Source of the DNA: the human T2T-CHM13v2.0 reference genome, Homo sapiens
Reading direction: 5' to 3' (one strand)
Assembly (NCBI RefSeq): GCF_009914755.1
Contig: NC_060937.1
DNA length: 64,000 bases
In this document: piece by piece, positions 28,898 through 44,100 of the stretch
Layout of the letters: each line of letters starts with the position of its first letter
Numbering within the stretch: position 1 is the stretch's first letter
The notes under the pieces: model-generated
What the model was told of the DNA's origin: nothing
Database searches by the model: none
What the model saw: the letters and a program-made list of their open reading frames with translations, nothing else
Made by a program: the position numbers and the translations under genes

Positions 28898-29580
28898 CAT
28901 GGCAGTGAACAAGCAGTCATGGACATGCACTTGATCCCTGAGCTCATGGAACTTTAATTTAATGGGACTTATGGCTGGCAGGCAAAGCTGGATTCTTTTA
29001 CTTATAATAGTCAGTGTCTAGCCATATGGCTTTGATGACAAGTGCTGTTGTTCCTTGGAACCTGGCCACATTACATCAATTCATCCAATGACCAGCCACA
29101 GATTCATCATAGCTTCACATTTCCAAGTAAGTGAATACATTTTGGGATGCACAAAATTACTATTTCCTGTCAGAAGTGTCTCTCCAGTTCTCACATCCTT
29201 GCAGAATGAGGGCGATGAGAAGCTCTTGATCTCAATGAGAAATCAAATGCTCCTCAATCCAGGTTATTTCCTTCCTTGCTTCCCTGGGTTCTTGAATGAC
29301 CTGTGATCCCTTTGGTCACATCTTATTCTGGAAGGAAGTATGCTGCCCAAGTGCTTCAGCTGTAGTGCTAGTAGAGTTTTTCTTTTTTTTTTTAATCATA
29401 CTTCTGCAATAACAATAACTAACAAAAATTCACCAAAGTAAAAGAGAGCTACTTCTTTATCATGTTCTGCTATTTTGGCATCACTATTAAAATCATTCGT
29501 TTTCTAACTAATCCAAAAAGCTATGAGGCTAGAGAAGTGGTGAAACAGCTTCTACGTATTTTTCTTTAACATGTAACCTG

Positions 29581-29886
29581 GGTCTGGGTATGATAGTTCA
29601 CGTCTGTAATCCCAGCACTTTGGCAGACTGAGGCAGAAGGATCCCTTGAAACTAGGAGTTTGAGACCAACATGGGCATCATAGCAAGACCCCATCTTTAC
29701 AAAAATAAAAATAAAAAATTAGCCAGGTGAAATGGGATACACCTGTAGTCCCGGAGGATGAGGTGGAAGAATTGCTTAAGCCCAGGAGTTCAAGGCTGCG
29801 GTGAGCTGTGATAGCACCACTGCACTCCAGCCTGGGTGACAAAGTAAAGCCCTGTCTCTAAAAACAAAATTAAAAAGAATAATAAA
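29581..29886 (+). mobile_element. AluJ
   Basis: Sense dimer with AAGCCCAGGAGTTCAAGGCTGCGGTGAG; TSD ATGTAACCTG at 29571-29580 and 29887-29896. Confidence 0.93.
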
Positions 29887-31349
29887 ATGTAACCTGGAAG
29901 AGAAAATAAAGATTCTAGGGAAAAAACTAACAAAATAAGGGAAGTTAGACATTCTGGTGCAAAATTAAATTCAATATACATCTCAGAATTTTCAAATTAC
30001 GCTTCTTTGAATAAACAGTTTACGCTACCCAAACATGCTGATTGTTTCTGAATTCCTTTCAAACTTGGGAACATATGTAGGCATCGTGGTGGACATGTAA
30101 ATGAATGTTTCCACGCAAAGGGTACTCATAAATCATTTGTTTTTCAAATGAAATGCCAGCTTATGTTAAGAGGACAGCATTACTTAGAAAAATATGCCAC
30201 TATGGAAATTGATAATATATGTGCAGTTCCAGCACCAGGAAATCATTTTTAAACACAATATCTAAAAAATCGATATTTTACAGAAAAATAAATGGGCCAA
30301 GTGTGTCTTAATATTAAAGGAAGAATAGAATTACAGAAAAAAAGACATCAAAATAAGGAGTAAATACAATTTCATATCATTACATAAAAAGTATTTTCAG
30401 GACCACAAATATTGTAGCTGTCATCCTCATCCTCAACCTCATCATCATCAAAACCATTAAGAGCTTTGTATGTTAATAAAAATGTGGCACGGTAAAAAGA
30501 GAATTTTATACTTTTCTAGGAGCTAATATTGTATAAGAAGGCCACCCTGAAATGTCTACGCAAGTGAAAACCATACTGATGTCTACTTTAGGAAAATGGT
30601 AAAGTAAAACACATAGAGGGTTATGGAAATTCTCACTTAAAAAAACAAAGTTTTAATGGAAGTTCTCTGGACTATCTTCTTAATTTTTCTGTTAACCCAA
30701 AACTTTTATAAAAATTAAGTTTTTTTTTGATAAAACCTTTAGGTTCCATATATGTTGGAGGTGATTGAAATTTGGTGGAGGTGGCAATGGTGAATAATAC
30801 AGAACTTCATGAAGAAGTCAGAAATGCCCTTGGGCTTTCAGATAAGCAATCTTTTAACACTTTCTGGTGAAAAGCAGGATTTTATAGCAGTTTGAACAAT
30901 GGAACTGACATGGTTGGTTAGGGAGGAAGTTGTAGCCACGTGGTGTGAGCCACAGGGAGGCTCACAGGTAGCAGTGAGGTGCCTGGACAGTGGAGGCTCT
31001 GCAGAGTTTATGAAGAAATGACTTGTAGACCTAAAAAGAGAGCGCTCACAAAGGATTGTTGTCTCCTAATAACCAACTGTGAACCAACATTTTGGACTTA
31101 GTGAATCAAAATTTAGTTTAGACACTATGAACTATTATTATGTTACAATGGGTCAAATAAATAAAAATTTATTTACTTTTTAATTGCAAGAGCATAAGAA
31201 GGCTCAACTTTTCTAATTGCCCTGAGTTTCTGAAGTTTTGCCAGATTACCATTGAGCCCAGTTTTAGAGAGCAGACCAATATCTGTATTAAAGTCACTTT
31301 ATGCAGAGAAAACTAGATACAGCAGGAGCTGTGAAAGAGGAACCGAAAA

Positions 31350-32700
31350 GATTTGCCAATAGACTGTATATTTGGATTAGAGGAAAGAAGCCTATCTCAT
31401 ACCTTATTACAATATCAATTCCAAATTAATTAATAATTTCAATGTGGAATGGAAACAAAGGGGGGAAAAGCAATATTTACATGATTCTAGAAATAAGGAA
31501 GCATTTTCTAATCATGACACTAAAATCAATTGTTTTTATCATTTTGAACATAAATAGCCTAAACAATATTTTTAGGTTTAAAACATTCAAAAAAATATTT
31601 GTTGTATACATACATATCAGATAAAAGGTTAAGATCTTTAATATATAATGAGCTCTTGGAAATCAACGATAGCTGAATATACCAAAAGGAAAATGGCAAA
31701 GGACATGAATAGGCTCGCTCAAAAAAGAAATATGGATGGCCAATACACATTTGACATCATATTCATTCCTTTTTTTTTTTTTTTTTTTTTGAGACAGAGT
31801 CTCACTCTGTTGTCCAGGCTGGAGTACAATGGCGTGATCTCGGCTCACTGCAAACTCTGCCTCCCCGGTTCAAGTGATTCTCCTGCCTCAGCCTCCTGAG
31901 TAGCTGGGATTACAGCTGCCCACCACCACGCCCAGCTAATTTTTGTATTTTTAGTAGAAACAGCATTTCACCAGGTTGGCCAGGCTGGTCTCAAACTCCT
32001 GACCTCATGTGATCCACCCACCTCGGCCTCCCATAGTGCTGGAATTACAGGCACAAGCCACCATGCCTGGCCAATATTCATTCTTAATATAATGCAAAGA
32101 AGTTCAAATTAAAAGCGATAATAAGATACCATTTCTCCTCTGTCAGTTATATAAAGGTTAAAAATGATAATACCTAGTGTTGGCTAAGTAACAAGCCAAA
32201 AATGATGGCAGAAGTATTCATCTTTCCACAGGAAAACTTGTCAATATTTATTAAAGTTCCTTAATGTTTATTAAAAGCATTCCTTTTGATACTGGAATTT
32301 CAACTATAAAAATTACAATGATGGTATAAGTATATTCATCTCGGGATTTTTAATATTAAAAAATTGAAAAAGCAAGCATTGCAACAGTAGAGAACAGAGT
32401 TAAATAAATTATGCATCTTACATAGTCATTGAAAGTTTTAATTTTGTAGTGAATTATATTGTAGAATTAATTTTTATTCTTTAAAAATTATATTGTAGAA
32501 GAATATTAGTTAACATTGGATAAATTTAGGCTCTTGTTTAAAGTCAAAAGAGCAGAGCGCAAAACTGCATATATTGGTGATCTTATTGCTATTAAAAATA
32601 TTGTGTATATATCAAGAAGATATGAAAGACTATACAACAAAATGCTAGTGAAAACTGTCTTTTGATGTTAGGAGTACAGGTAATATTAAGCAGCTGAATG
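31350..32700 (+). mobile_element. Ancient L1ME ORF2-3'UTR fragment interrupted by an Alu
   Basis: AAAATGGCAAAGGACATGAATAGGC, CAAATTAAAAGCGATAATAAGATACCATTT and related L1M 3' motifs. Confidence 0.65.
31770..32072 (-). mobile_element. AluS (Sx-like)
   Basis: Full antisense dimer with long T head; TSD ATATTCATTC at 31759-31768 and 32074-32083. Confidence 0.95.
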
Positions 32701-33566
32701 GAAAAGTTCTTATGCTTTACCCTGTAAAACTTTCTGTTTTTGTCACTTTTGGTTTGAATTAGTAATAGAATTTTGATTCAATATTACTGAGTTGACACAA
32801 AATTGAATCAAGGACAAAACTTAGGACATCTAGCATGATAGATGGAAATTGAATGACAAAATGATTTGGGGGTGATGGAATGATTTTAAATCATCTGGCT
32901 TAAAATGAGGACTTTGGCACAAAAGAGGAAGGTATGATTAATGTAGCTGGGCTGGTGGCATCCAGTACTGGGGTTTGGATGAGTTCCTTTGGTGGACATT
33001 TCAAGAGTCAGTTTGCATAAAGTTCTGAGCAGCCATCTGGGAAGGATCATCTCAGGACAAACTTGGCCTAAGAGCAAAGCACCACAGTGAGAGGCTCAGT
33101 GGTTCTGAGTTATCATCGTGTTTGTCACTCACATGGGTCCCAATACAATGCTGGTGAATTTCCTGAGTCCTGGGAAAGGAAATGGTTATATCAAAATTCA
33201 AAGACCGGATTTAGTTTTTAAAAATGTTACCAGAAAGTAGGAACACAAGCACACTGCTTTGGTGCCATTCAAGTAGAAAGTAATGCAAAAGGGGTGAATA
33301 GCATTCTGCCAGTTGGCTCAAGTTGCAGCCTTTGTAATTTTATACTCTTCTGCAAAAGCAGAGTAGCATCCTTGAACTATGCCACTCAACCCCACCCCTC
33401 AGCTAGGCCTAGCTTATGCTCTGATGGCTCCTTAGTGGGCACTGGGATGTAAAGAACTAGTTTCAACTAGCTTTTAGTAGGGACTGCCAATGAGCAGGAA
33501 ATTGGAGTCCGGGATATTATTGAGCCTCAAATTATGTTTATATTAAATAGGACTTTTTCGTTGTTC

Positions 33567-33776
33567 CACTGGTTTTTAAACTTTTCTTTTTAACAGCAGA
33601 CACTTTTTGTGAGTTAAATGTTATGTGTAATCCAGAACAAAAAACTGATTACTGCTGAGCTGACTGACATAAGGAGTGGGGCAAGGGGGAAGGAGTATAA
33701 AAACCCAGCGGCCCCTTGTCATCCTCTCTGTAACCTAGGGATACCTCTTGGAACCATTAGGGCTGAAAACCACAGA
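33567..33776. mobile_element. Possible hAT-Charlie (MER5-type) DNA transposon relic
   Basis: Degenerate terminal inverted repeats CACTGGTTTTTAAAC ... GCTGAAAACCACAG. Confidence 0.35.
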
Positions 33777-34904
33777 TCCATCCAACTTCCAGAGATGTGC
33801 AATGACTTGCTCAACACATGTGGCAGCAAAGACAGGGCTGGATCCAGCACTCCTTTCCCTGGGATATTTTTCCCTCCCCATCACTCCCTGTATGATTTCT
33901 CTAGCACTTCTTCCTTAGAAAGCCTCTGTGGTGCTCCTTTTTGAGAAACACTGAGTCCTGGGGGTTGGGAGGAAGAGGAACAGAGCACATGTTACATGGT
34001 GAGATAGCCCTGAGAGAGATGGGACAAGCTACACAAACCTCAGTGGAAAAGCCGTACAGAGCCTGCACATGCCGGCCCCTGAGTCCCTTGGCAGTGAAGC
34101 CGAGCATCTCCTTAGGGCTGTGTTTTCTGGAGGACATGAAGGGGCCCTGAACAGGGTGGGTTTTCTGCAGGCATTCCCTCCTGCTGCCGCACAGTGCGGC
34201 TGAACCCTCTGGCCTTCCGAGGTCACCGTGGGTCCTCTGAGAGAGCCTTTGATTTAACATGTAAGGGAATTCCCACTGGCTGATTAAATATTTTTATATT
34301 TTATCATCTTCCTGCAGCTAACAGCTTTTGGCATGCAGGGTATTTTTATGAACGTTATAAGTAAATATTATGGGGTCAGTCACAGAGATGAACATGGATT
34401 TGCAAGCCTAGGGCTGGAAGACATTAGGCCTCACATTTAAAACAATGTGGGTATGGAAAAAATTAAAATATCGAGAACTTGAAAACACTCAAAGCCTGCA
34501 ACCGTGCATCTATAATCCAATGTTAACAGAATTCAGATAAAATCAAATTGATTTTAAGTGCTACATTTAGATATCCAAGGGGAATTCATTGCTTTTATAC
34601 TTGAGTTTTGAGCATTTATCAGGAGAGAGACAGTAGGATTACACTTTCACATTAAATATCACCAGTTTTGTTTTCCAGACAGGACTAGACCCTTCCACAA
34701 AGCATGACAGATTCTCAAGATGCCAAACCACTGCTTAGAGTTTCCAGGGGCCACAGGTCACTCTTGGTTCAAATGGCCCTTTGGAAAATAAAATAAATAA
34801 ATTAAAAAAATGCAACTCCAGTGGCATCATGGTCTGGTACCCTCTTGGGTAAGAAAGTCTGGGTGAGCTGCTTGGAAACTGATGTCAGAAAAATCCTCCT
34901 TGAC

Positions 34905-35020
34905 ACACGGTGAGTCACAGCTGGGAATTTACGTCTTCCTAAGCAACTGCTAAACTTCTGCTGTGGTTGTGGCCATTTCATAGCCACAGGCCTATGGATT
35001 CCCTGGGGAATCCACGCATA
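34905..35020. promoter_or_regulatory. Candidate enhancer: AP-1, RUNX and perfect EBF palindrome
   Basis: TGAGTCA at 34911-34917, TGTGGTT at 34962-34968, TGGATTCCC-TG-GGGAATCCA at 34995-35014. Confidence 0.4.
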
Positions 35021-35446
35021 GTGTTATTGGTCAGTGGTTCCTAATGACATCTGTCTCAAGACACCTCCTCAAAGCATCTTTTCTACTTTCCTCCCATCTC
35101 CCATAGTCCCTGGCACAGGTCAGGATGAATGGAAGGTGCTTAACAAATATATCTGATTTGGTTTGCTGATCTATTTTTCCCTATCAATCTCATTTCACCT
35201 CTCCCAGTGGTTTGCTGTTTGCTCTTGTGCTACCTTAAATCTAAACTTACATGAATCCAAATAATTTTATAAGCTTTCTCATTAGTTGGAGTGCATTTAT
35301 TCAACACATCTATAAATGTTCTTCTCTTTCAAGTGTTGGCAACTTAACAGGATTTGCTGTTGTCTGCAAATTCAAGAGCCTGGCCTAAGTGTATGTAATT
35401 AACAGAGGCTTAGTGCCAGGGATATAGCAGACAGTCAGTAAATATA

Positions 35447-35590
35447 CAAGGAGGGAAGGAAGGGATGGAGGGAGGGAAGGAGGGAGGGAGGGAGGAAAAG
35501 AAGGAAAGAGGAAGGGGAGGAGGGAGGAAAAAGGAAGAAAAGAAGGAAGAAAGAAGGGAGGAAGAAAGAAAGGTAGAGAAGAAAGAAGTC
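35447..35590 (+). repeat. GA-rich (GGAG/GGAA) polypurine tract
   Basis: ~140 bp almost entirely A/G. Confidence 0.9.
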
Positions 35591-36414
35591 GGGGAGGAAC
35601 CACCCTGGTGTATAGTTCAGTTCCATCAGGGTGATTTTGAAACCCCTTGTGAACATCCTGATTAAAGGATAGGCCCCTGTAACAACCTAGGTAAGAATCC
35701 TTTTCCAATAAGGAGGTGCAGTGGAGATAAGATGACAGAAGGGCGTGGAGGAAAGAAAGTGCAGAAAGGTCAGATAGTGTATAGGGCTGAGGCGCCAGGG
35801 GAACGGCGCTGAAGATGCTGACCTGGCTCCAGCAGGAAGTCGTGCTAAATCTCCTGCCAAGTTCCACAGCTCTGCTTTCTGCAGTCCTCAGAAAGCTCTT
35901 GAAAACCCTATTTGAAAAATGCTGGTGTAGATTGGGGTGTCTTATCAAGTTGATCTGAATGTAATGAAAACCTTCAGAAGTCTAGAACAGATGGTACCTT
36001 ACACTTTCTCTTGCTTACCCAGCCTGCCTCTCTCACATCGGGAACAGATTACATCGTTCCAGGCCCAGCATCAAGCCAGTCTCTGACCCTGCTTTTGGAG
36101 TTTCTCCCCACCTTCCCCTCTTTGCCATGCCCGATGGCCGTCTTCACTGCCCCTCACCACAAAAGCTGGGAATCACACAAAGAGATTTGCCTGCCCTCTG
36201 GAAACTGCCCCAGGAGGTTTTACATTTTTCTTTGATTGGAACCTGTAGTACCAACTGACAAGCTGGGTTTGGGTCATCCCTGGAGAAGTCAAGTGGGATT
36301 GTAGGGGAGGGTCTTTTGAGAATGCACAAGAAGGAACCTAGTAGAGGGGACACGCTTATTTTTGTTCTCTGAAATGAGACTTTATTGACCTCCCAGGTGA
36401 GCTCTTCAATGTTA

Positions 36415-36788
<374 letters not shown>

Positions 36789-36879
36789 CTAATTTTTTAA
36801 AGACTCAGCAAGTCATGGCTGGTTAAAGGTTAGATTTGTATGACTATTCGAAGCAGCTCTGTGCTGATAATGGCAATAT

Positions 36880-37420
<541 letters not shown>

Positions 37421-38689
37421 GTATTCTATTATCTTTGTACTTTGGGACACACACACACACGTACACAAACTGAGTAAATCCTATTAAATAAATCCTGTTC
37501 CAAGATTAAAATTCACAATTGCCTTTTTTCTAGGTTTAAGAGTTTTCACTACTTGAACTTGCATTGCCTAGTTCTGAAGTGGGTTTGCTTCAACACCAAG
37601 CTATGTCACCTGCCAAACTAAAGCAATCTCTGACTCTCTCATTTCTCCCCCTAATGCACAAAGCACAAGCACAAACTGCCGGGGTGTTCTAGAACCCTGG
37701 ACTAAAAACCCAAGACTTTATATACGCAACTCAAGTTCCTCGATTTTCTTTCTTTCCAAAGATTCTGAAATACCTTCTGGCCCACTGCTTCGTACAAAAG
37801 AGCAGTTTCCCTGACCAAGGAAATTGTGGTTGTGGGATTCTTGAGCCATCTTCTTAGAGAAGTTCCCTCTGCTTTTTTGTATTTGTGCAGGACATTTGTG
37901 CAGGGAGCTCTTGGAAGGACATTCAGATTTTGTTCAGCTGTGTCTGTCGACACATTTCTGGACTCTCTGCAAATAAGAGTAGATATGAGACTCAAGTCCT
38001 GGAACCCTTCTGTAGCTAAACCCAGAGTCTCAAATTGTGAAAGCTGCTTTCAGGGTCACATTCTATGGCACCTAGAAACACTGCACTGAAAGAGAGGTAT
38101 GTTTCCTCAAATTTTAGCAATTGTAATTTCTTAGTGGAAGTAATTGGATTCCACAGTTTGCTTCCTATTTTGGAAGTTACAGAGAAATCAAAGTCTCTCA
38201 TAAGAAAAGTATTTTTCCGTCTTAGCCCACTGTTTCCACTTTCAAAATATGTTAAAACAACAACAATAATAAAGCTATTTCAATTGTGCCAAATTCCCCC
38301 AGACTCCACTATTGTGACTGTGTTTCTAGTTGATATTCTATAATCTTATCACTTTCAGCCACACATCCACATACCACCCTGGGTTATTTATAAAGATAAA
38401 TCCTGTGCTGAGATCAAAATCTACAATCTATTTTTTCTAGGTCTAAATTTGTTTTTGCGGCTTTAGAAATGATTTTGAAAATATTTTCCAGGGAGTTTAT
38501 TTGTGTAAAAAAGATTTTGGTAAATAAATTACTCAGAACAAAACTAGCTTTTAGGTTGTCAGCTACCAACTACTATGTATTTGGAATATCTTGAGTTATC
38601 CAGGAACTGATAGTTAAGTGTTTGAATGATTTGTACTCTTAAGTTTTAATGTTTTCAAAGTGTGTCCGTCTAAAAATATAACTCCAAAA

Positions 38690-38885
38690 TTCTGGCTCTT
38701 TGTGAGCATTGGCTTACTAGTGAATTAAACTTTGCATTATCCATACTTTCTGAACTTCAGTTTCCCCATCTTTAAAGTGGAATAAGTAATAAAATCTACT
38801 TCGTAAAATTATCATGAGAACTAAATGACATAAGACATGCAAAATAATGATTGCTCATCACACAACAAATGCTCCATAAACAGTG
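38690..38885 (+). mobile_element. MIR SINE
   Basis: TTCTGAACTTCAGTTTCCCCATCTTTAAAGTGGAATAA. Confidence 0.65.
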
Positions 38886-40636
38886 CGTGAAAATATTATC
38901 TAAAGAGTTCAGTTTAAAATTAATAATTGAGTTACGACATTTACAACAATTTGTGTACATCTTCTATCCCCAGGAGCCTGCATGCTGTGGGAGGATGGGC
39001 AGTGGCCTCCCTTGACCTTCAACCTTCTCCAGTCTTCAGCCTCTTCTGACACAGCAGTCTCTCAGTAAATATTGCTGGACAGAAATTCATCTGACTATCA
39101 ACTTGCCATGCTCCCTATTGGCATTAATAAGTAGGAGTTGTCTATATTTGGAATTCAATTTCTTTTCTCGAAACACACTTAAAAATTTTAGCGCTATTTT
39201 AAAAAATAGTGGTTTTGTTTTACTCTTCTGTTAAAGCAACTAAATTTGAAATTCTAATGCAAATTCAGTAAATTAGTGTTAATAAGCTTACACCAAAAAA
39301 GAGTCAGCAGATAAATGATGTAATTGGTTTTTCCAAGGAGAGGTAAAATTGGGAGAATGACAATAATTTGTGATTTGCTTTGGGCCTTGTCTCAGACACA
39401 ATAAGCTACAGTCCAGATAGTTGAGCTACAGTGAAAACAACAGTCAATCTCACATGTGAAAGTTATGTCCCCTCACTTGTGAGAAAACCAATGTCATCAG
39501 GCCCTTTGCTTGAAAAGACCAGTTGAAGGCACATCAAGCTGAATTCGTAGCTTTTACTCTGTAAGGAAAATATTTCTGAACTTTCATCTAATAGAACTTT
39601 TCTACTCTTTAAATTGTACAAATAAATGTATGAACAAATGTTCTAAGCTAATTTACAAATATTATCTGGTGTTATTGCAATACATCAAACATATTTGACT
39701 CAAACTATGGTTAGCTCCAGATTTAAATGTTGCATGTTCATGGGTGTAACACAGAGAACTTTAATTCATAGGACTGTATAAATGTTGGTCTAACATATAT
39801 TTAGAATACCCAATATGTGCTATGACTAGTGCAAAGTGTTAAAGATATGGCACAAAAGAATAGGAGAGAAGTGCTAAGATGCTTGCCTAGATGATTTGGG
39901 ACCACATTGTATAATGCTATGCTTTTGAATTTGAAGCACATCATATTTTGAAGAGCAAGGTGGTAAAAGACATTTATATTGAGTGGAGAACACTATAAAT
40001 AGTGGCTATCTGGAGAGCTGGAAGGTGAAGGTGTCCAAGACTGAAAGCAGCTTTAGAGGGTGAGCATGCCATGGAAGGTGAGAGCAGGAGTGACAGCTCA
40101 CATGTTGAGTATTTGTCATCCTGGTCTTGTCAAAGTCAGCCACTGGTGCTTTCTGGCAAAGGAGTGGCTTCATTTGTGCTTAAAAAAGGATGTCAATAGT
40201 GAGAAGGATGAATTCAAGAGAGAACAATTAGTGTTTGATCTTACCTTATGGACAGCTCGTCTGGACACAGGACGCACTAGCTTTCTCAATTTGGGGGAAG
40301 GCAGGACAGGCCACTGCTGGGACAGGCCACTGTGATGAGAAATTGCTGCTCTGCACTGCCCGCACATGAAGGGAGAGCAATCTTGCCCTGTAGTATTTAA
40401 GCCATAAATTGGTTCATGTTTCAGATTACAGGGTATGACCAAGGCTATGTGTTCACTAACAGACATTTTCTGAGCCCCAAGCTGACTACCAACCCTGATG
40501 AATGCTATAAATTCATTCAGGGAAATGAATTCCTATCTCTTGACATAAAGTAGTCTCCAGAATCTGCTAGTATCCAAGCACATTTCTCCAGAATCAGATG
40601 CATTTCTCTGAAAGAGCAATAGCAGCCAATGGTGCA

Positions 40637-41075
40637 GTGTGTCCATCAGAGTTCCAGCAGGAAACAGATGGCATTCTCAAACTGTTACTCAGGGATAAAT
40701 GTTAATAAAAGAGCGATTTAAAACAGGATGGGAAGATGTAAGGGCATGTAAGAGGGATGTTGAAAGACCCTGGGCTAAAATGGCAGAAACTGATAATGAT
40801 GCATGAGCTCTTTATTGCTCTTGAATCTGAAGAGAAGTGTGCCAGTTCCAGATCTCAGAGAGGGTAACCATAGGTAGAATGTTACTGGAGAGAGGCTGTG
40901 GCATTTGATGGAAAACATAGCCAATCTGTGCACACCGCAGGAAGGGAATGCACAGACGCCCTTTCCTTTCACTGGAGCAGGGAGCCCACTGGTACAGCCT
41001 GTACAGATCAGCCTACAAGGGACACAGTAGGACATAGAGGGTGAGAGTGGGTCTGCAGGGCAAAGGGGAAATACT
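40637..41075 (-). mobile_element. Old ERVL/MaLR-class LTR (same family as 3471-3890)
   Basis: CAGAGTTCCAGCAGGAAACAGATGGCATTCTCAAACTG start and GAGAGTGGGTCTGCAGGGCAAA end. Confidence 0.55.
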
Positions 41076-41127
41076 AAGCTCTGTACAGTTTTTGGTATGT
41101 GGTAAATCCACTTAAAATAATAATGAT

Positions 41128-44100
41128 GGGACATTAGCAAAATTGTGGACTAGGAAGCTCCAAACTCGTGTGTTCTCTCAAAAAAGTATTTAAAACAAAC
41201 AAACCCCAAATCAACCAGAGGCTGTGTGAACCAAATTTATGGAAGTTTTAGAAAACAATCAAAGGTTTACAGCAACCAAGCAAACAGCCAATCAAGAAAA
41301 GGTCATCTTCTAAATGTCAGTGAAGTTGTGTGGTGTTTTACCCTCCTTTGCCCCACTCCTTTCTCCTGGTGGAAACAGTCTTGGTCTTGAGCAGCAGCAA
41401 CCCAGTTCCCAGTTCCTTTCTTTGAACCAGAAGGAGAGAGTAGACCTCCTTTGCAGATTATTATGTGTGTCTGTTCCAACCTGCCTGGGGATACCTGAAA
41501 AACTGACTTGCTCTTCTCTGTCTTACATAACTCAGAAAACATGCAAGAGAAGCAATGAGTACTGTTCAGAAAAGGTACAAGGGGGCTACAAACCCACTGA
41601 TTGGCTGAGTCAAGAGAGTCTTGCTGAAGACATATGATAGTCCAACTAAGGCTTGAAAGAGAAGCTGGGGTGAGACTCTTTGGGAAATTAGGACATTCAA
41701 AAGCAGCTGTTTATATGGGGGAATCTAGGAAGCCATGTACATGGCTAGGTAAGATACATGCTTAAAAAAATTCTAAGGAGACCTTAGATGTTCACCCAAG
41801 ACTGATATCCAGGCTCAGAACAAGCCTGAGTGCTAAAGGATTCCCCAAGCATACAGCTGGGTCTGAAAAGCCTGAGAGGTGCTTTGTCCTCCCCACCCCC
41901 ACCCCGTCTCTCTGGTACTTTTAAAATTTTGTTTTAGCTCCTGGGACTCAAGGAAATCTATCAAAACATAGCTGAACATAAGCTAGAGGAACACATGCTT
42001 CACTGAGCACACATGACAAGAAATAGCCTTTGCAAAAAATGTTTGAAAAAAAAATCTCAGAACAAATGGACTGCTATAGCCTTCAGCAATCAAAATCAAA
42101 ACAGCAAACTCTGGGGAGGGGGATAATCTGATTTCCAGAAAGACCACATTATTATTATCAAATGCCCAATATTCAACAACATAAAATCACTAAGTTTACA
42201 AAAAAAATCCATACAGAAAAATATGACTCATTTAAATGGATAAAATGAAATGACAAAAACTATCCCTGAGAAAGCTCGGACATTGGACTTACTTTAAAAC
42301 AACTCTCTTCTGTATGCTCAAAATGCCAAGGGAAAACATGAAAAAAGAAGTAAAGAAAATCTTGAAAATGATGTATAAAAATGAGAATATCAACAAAGAG
42401 ATTAGAATTATAAAAGAGAACCAAACAGAAATTCTGGAGCTAAAAAATACAATAACTGAAATGAAAAATTCACTAGTGGGGCTCAAAAGCAAATCTCAGC
42501 TAGCCCAAAAAATAATCAGAGAATTTGAAGATAGGTTATTTGAAGTTATTGACTCTGAAGAGCAGAAAGAAAAAGGAAGAAAAGTGAACAGAGACTAAAG
42601 GGCTTATGGGATGCCATCAAGAGGACCAATATGTGCATTATGGACGTCACAGAAAGAGAAAGAAAATGACAAAGACTTTATTTGTTAAAATAATGACCAA
42701 AACATCCCTAATTTTATCAAATATGCGAGCCTAAAAATCCAAGATCAATGAATTCCAAGTAGGATAAACCAAAAGAGACTTATAAGAAGACACATTATAG
42801 TCAAACTGTTGAAAGGCAAAGCTGGAGACAATCTTAAAAGCATTAAGAGAGAAGCAACTTATCACATATAGGGGACCCTTAATAAGATTATTTCCCAATT
42901 TCTCAACAGAAGCCATGGAGATCACAAGGCTGTGAGATGATACATTTAATGTACTGAATGACACCCCCAGCCCAAAACACACACAAAACTGTCCCTGAGA
43001 ATTCTCAACCCAGCCAAACTGTCCTTTAAAAATGAGGGAGAAATTAAGATATTCCTGGACAAATAAAAACTGAGGGAGCTCACTACCACTAGACTTGTCT
43101 TATGAGAAATGCTAAAGGGAGTTGTTCAAATGAAAAGGAAATGACGCTAGACAGTAACTCAATGTCAGATGAAGATATAAAGATCTCTGTTAAAGGTAAA
43201 TATGTGAGCAAATATAAACACCACTAGTGTTGTAATTTTGGTTTTAACTCCATTCTTTAGTTTTTACATGATTTATAAGATGAATGCATAATATGTAATC
43301 ATAAATCTTTTAGTGGATATACAATGTATGAAGATTAATATTATAACATTAATAACATGAGGTGGGGTGGAGCTTTATGTGAGTAGTTTTTAAATATGAT
43401 TGAAGTCAAGTTGATATCCATTTAAATTATATGGTTATAACTTTAGGATGTTATATGTAATTTCAATAGTAACAACAAGGAAAATATATGTAAGTATATA
43501 CAAAAATAAATGAGAAGGGTGTCACTACAAAAACTCAACACAGTAGACACAGTAATAGAGGAAATAAGTAACAAAAAAGCTTCAAGACATGTAGAAAACA
43601 CAATAAAATGCAAAAGCAAGTCCATTCTTATCAGTAATTATGTTAGATATTAATGGATTAAACTCTTCAATAAAAAGGCATAGATTGGCAGAATGAATTT
43701 TAAAATATTAGAACTATACGCTGTTGACAAGAGATTCACTTCAGATATAAAGATAGATCAAAAGTAAAAGGATATGAAAAGATATTCCAGCTAAAAGTAA
43801 CCAACCAAAAGAGAACTGAGGTAATAATATCAGACAAAATAGACTTTAGGTAAAAAGCTGTTATAAAGACAAAGAAGGATACTATGTGTTGATTAAAGGG
43901 TCAATTTATGAATAAGTTGTAAAAATTATAAATGTGTATGCACCAAACATCAATGATCCAAAATATTTCAGGCAAACATTGATAAAATTAGAGGGATTAA
44001 ATAGACAGCTCAAAGATAACACTAAGAGACTTCAATGCTCCAATTTCAATAATGGATAGAACAACAAGAGAGAAGATGAATAAGGAAATGGTGGACTTGA

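Noticed and set aside
35385-35948. 187-aa minus ORF and the charged + ORF at 35465
   Set aside because: Kept open by the low-complexity purine tract.
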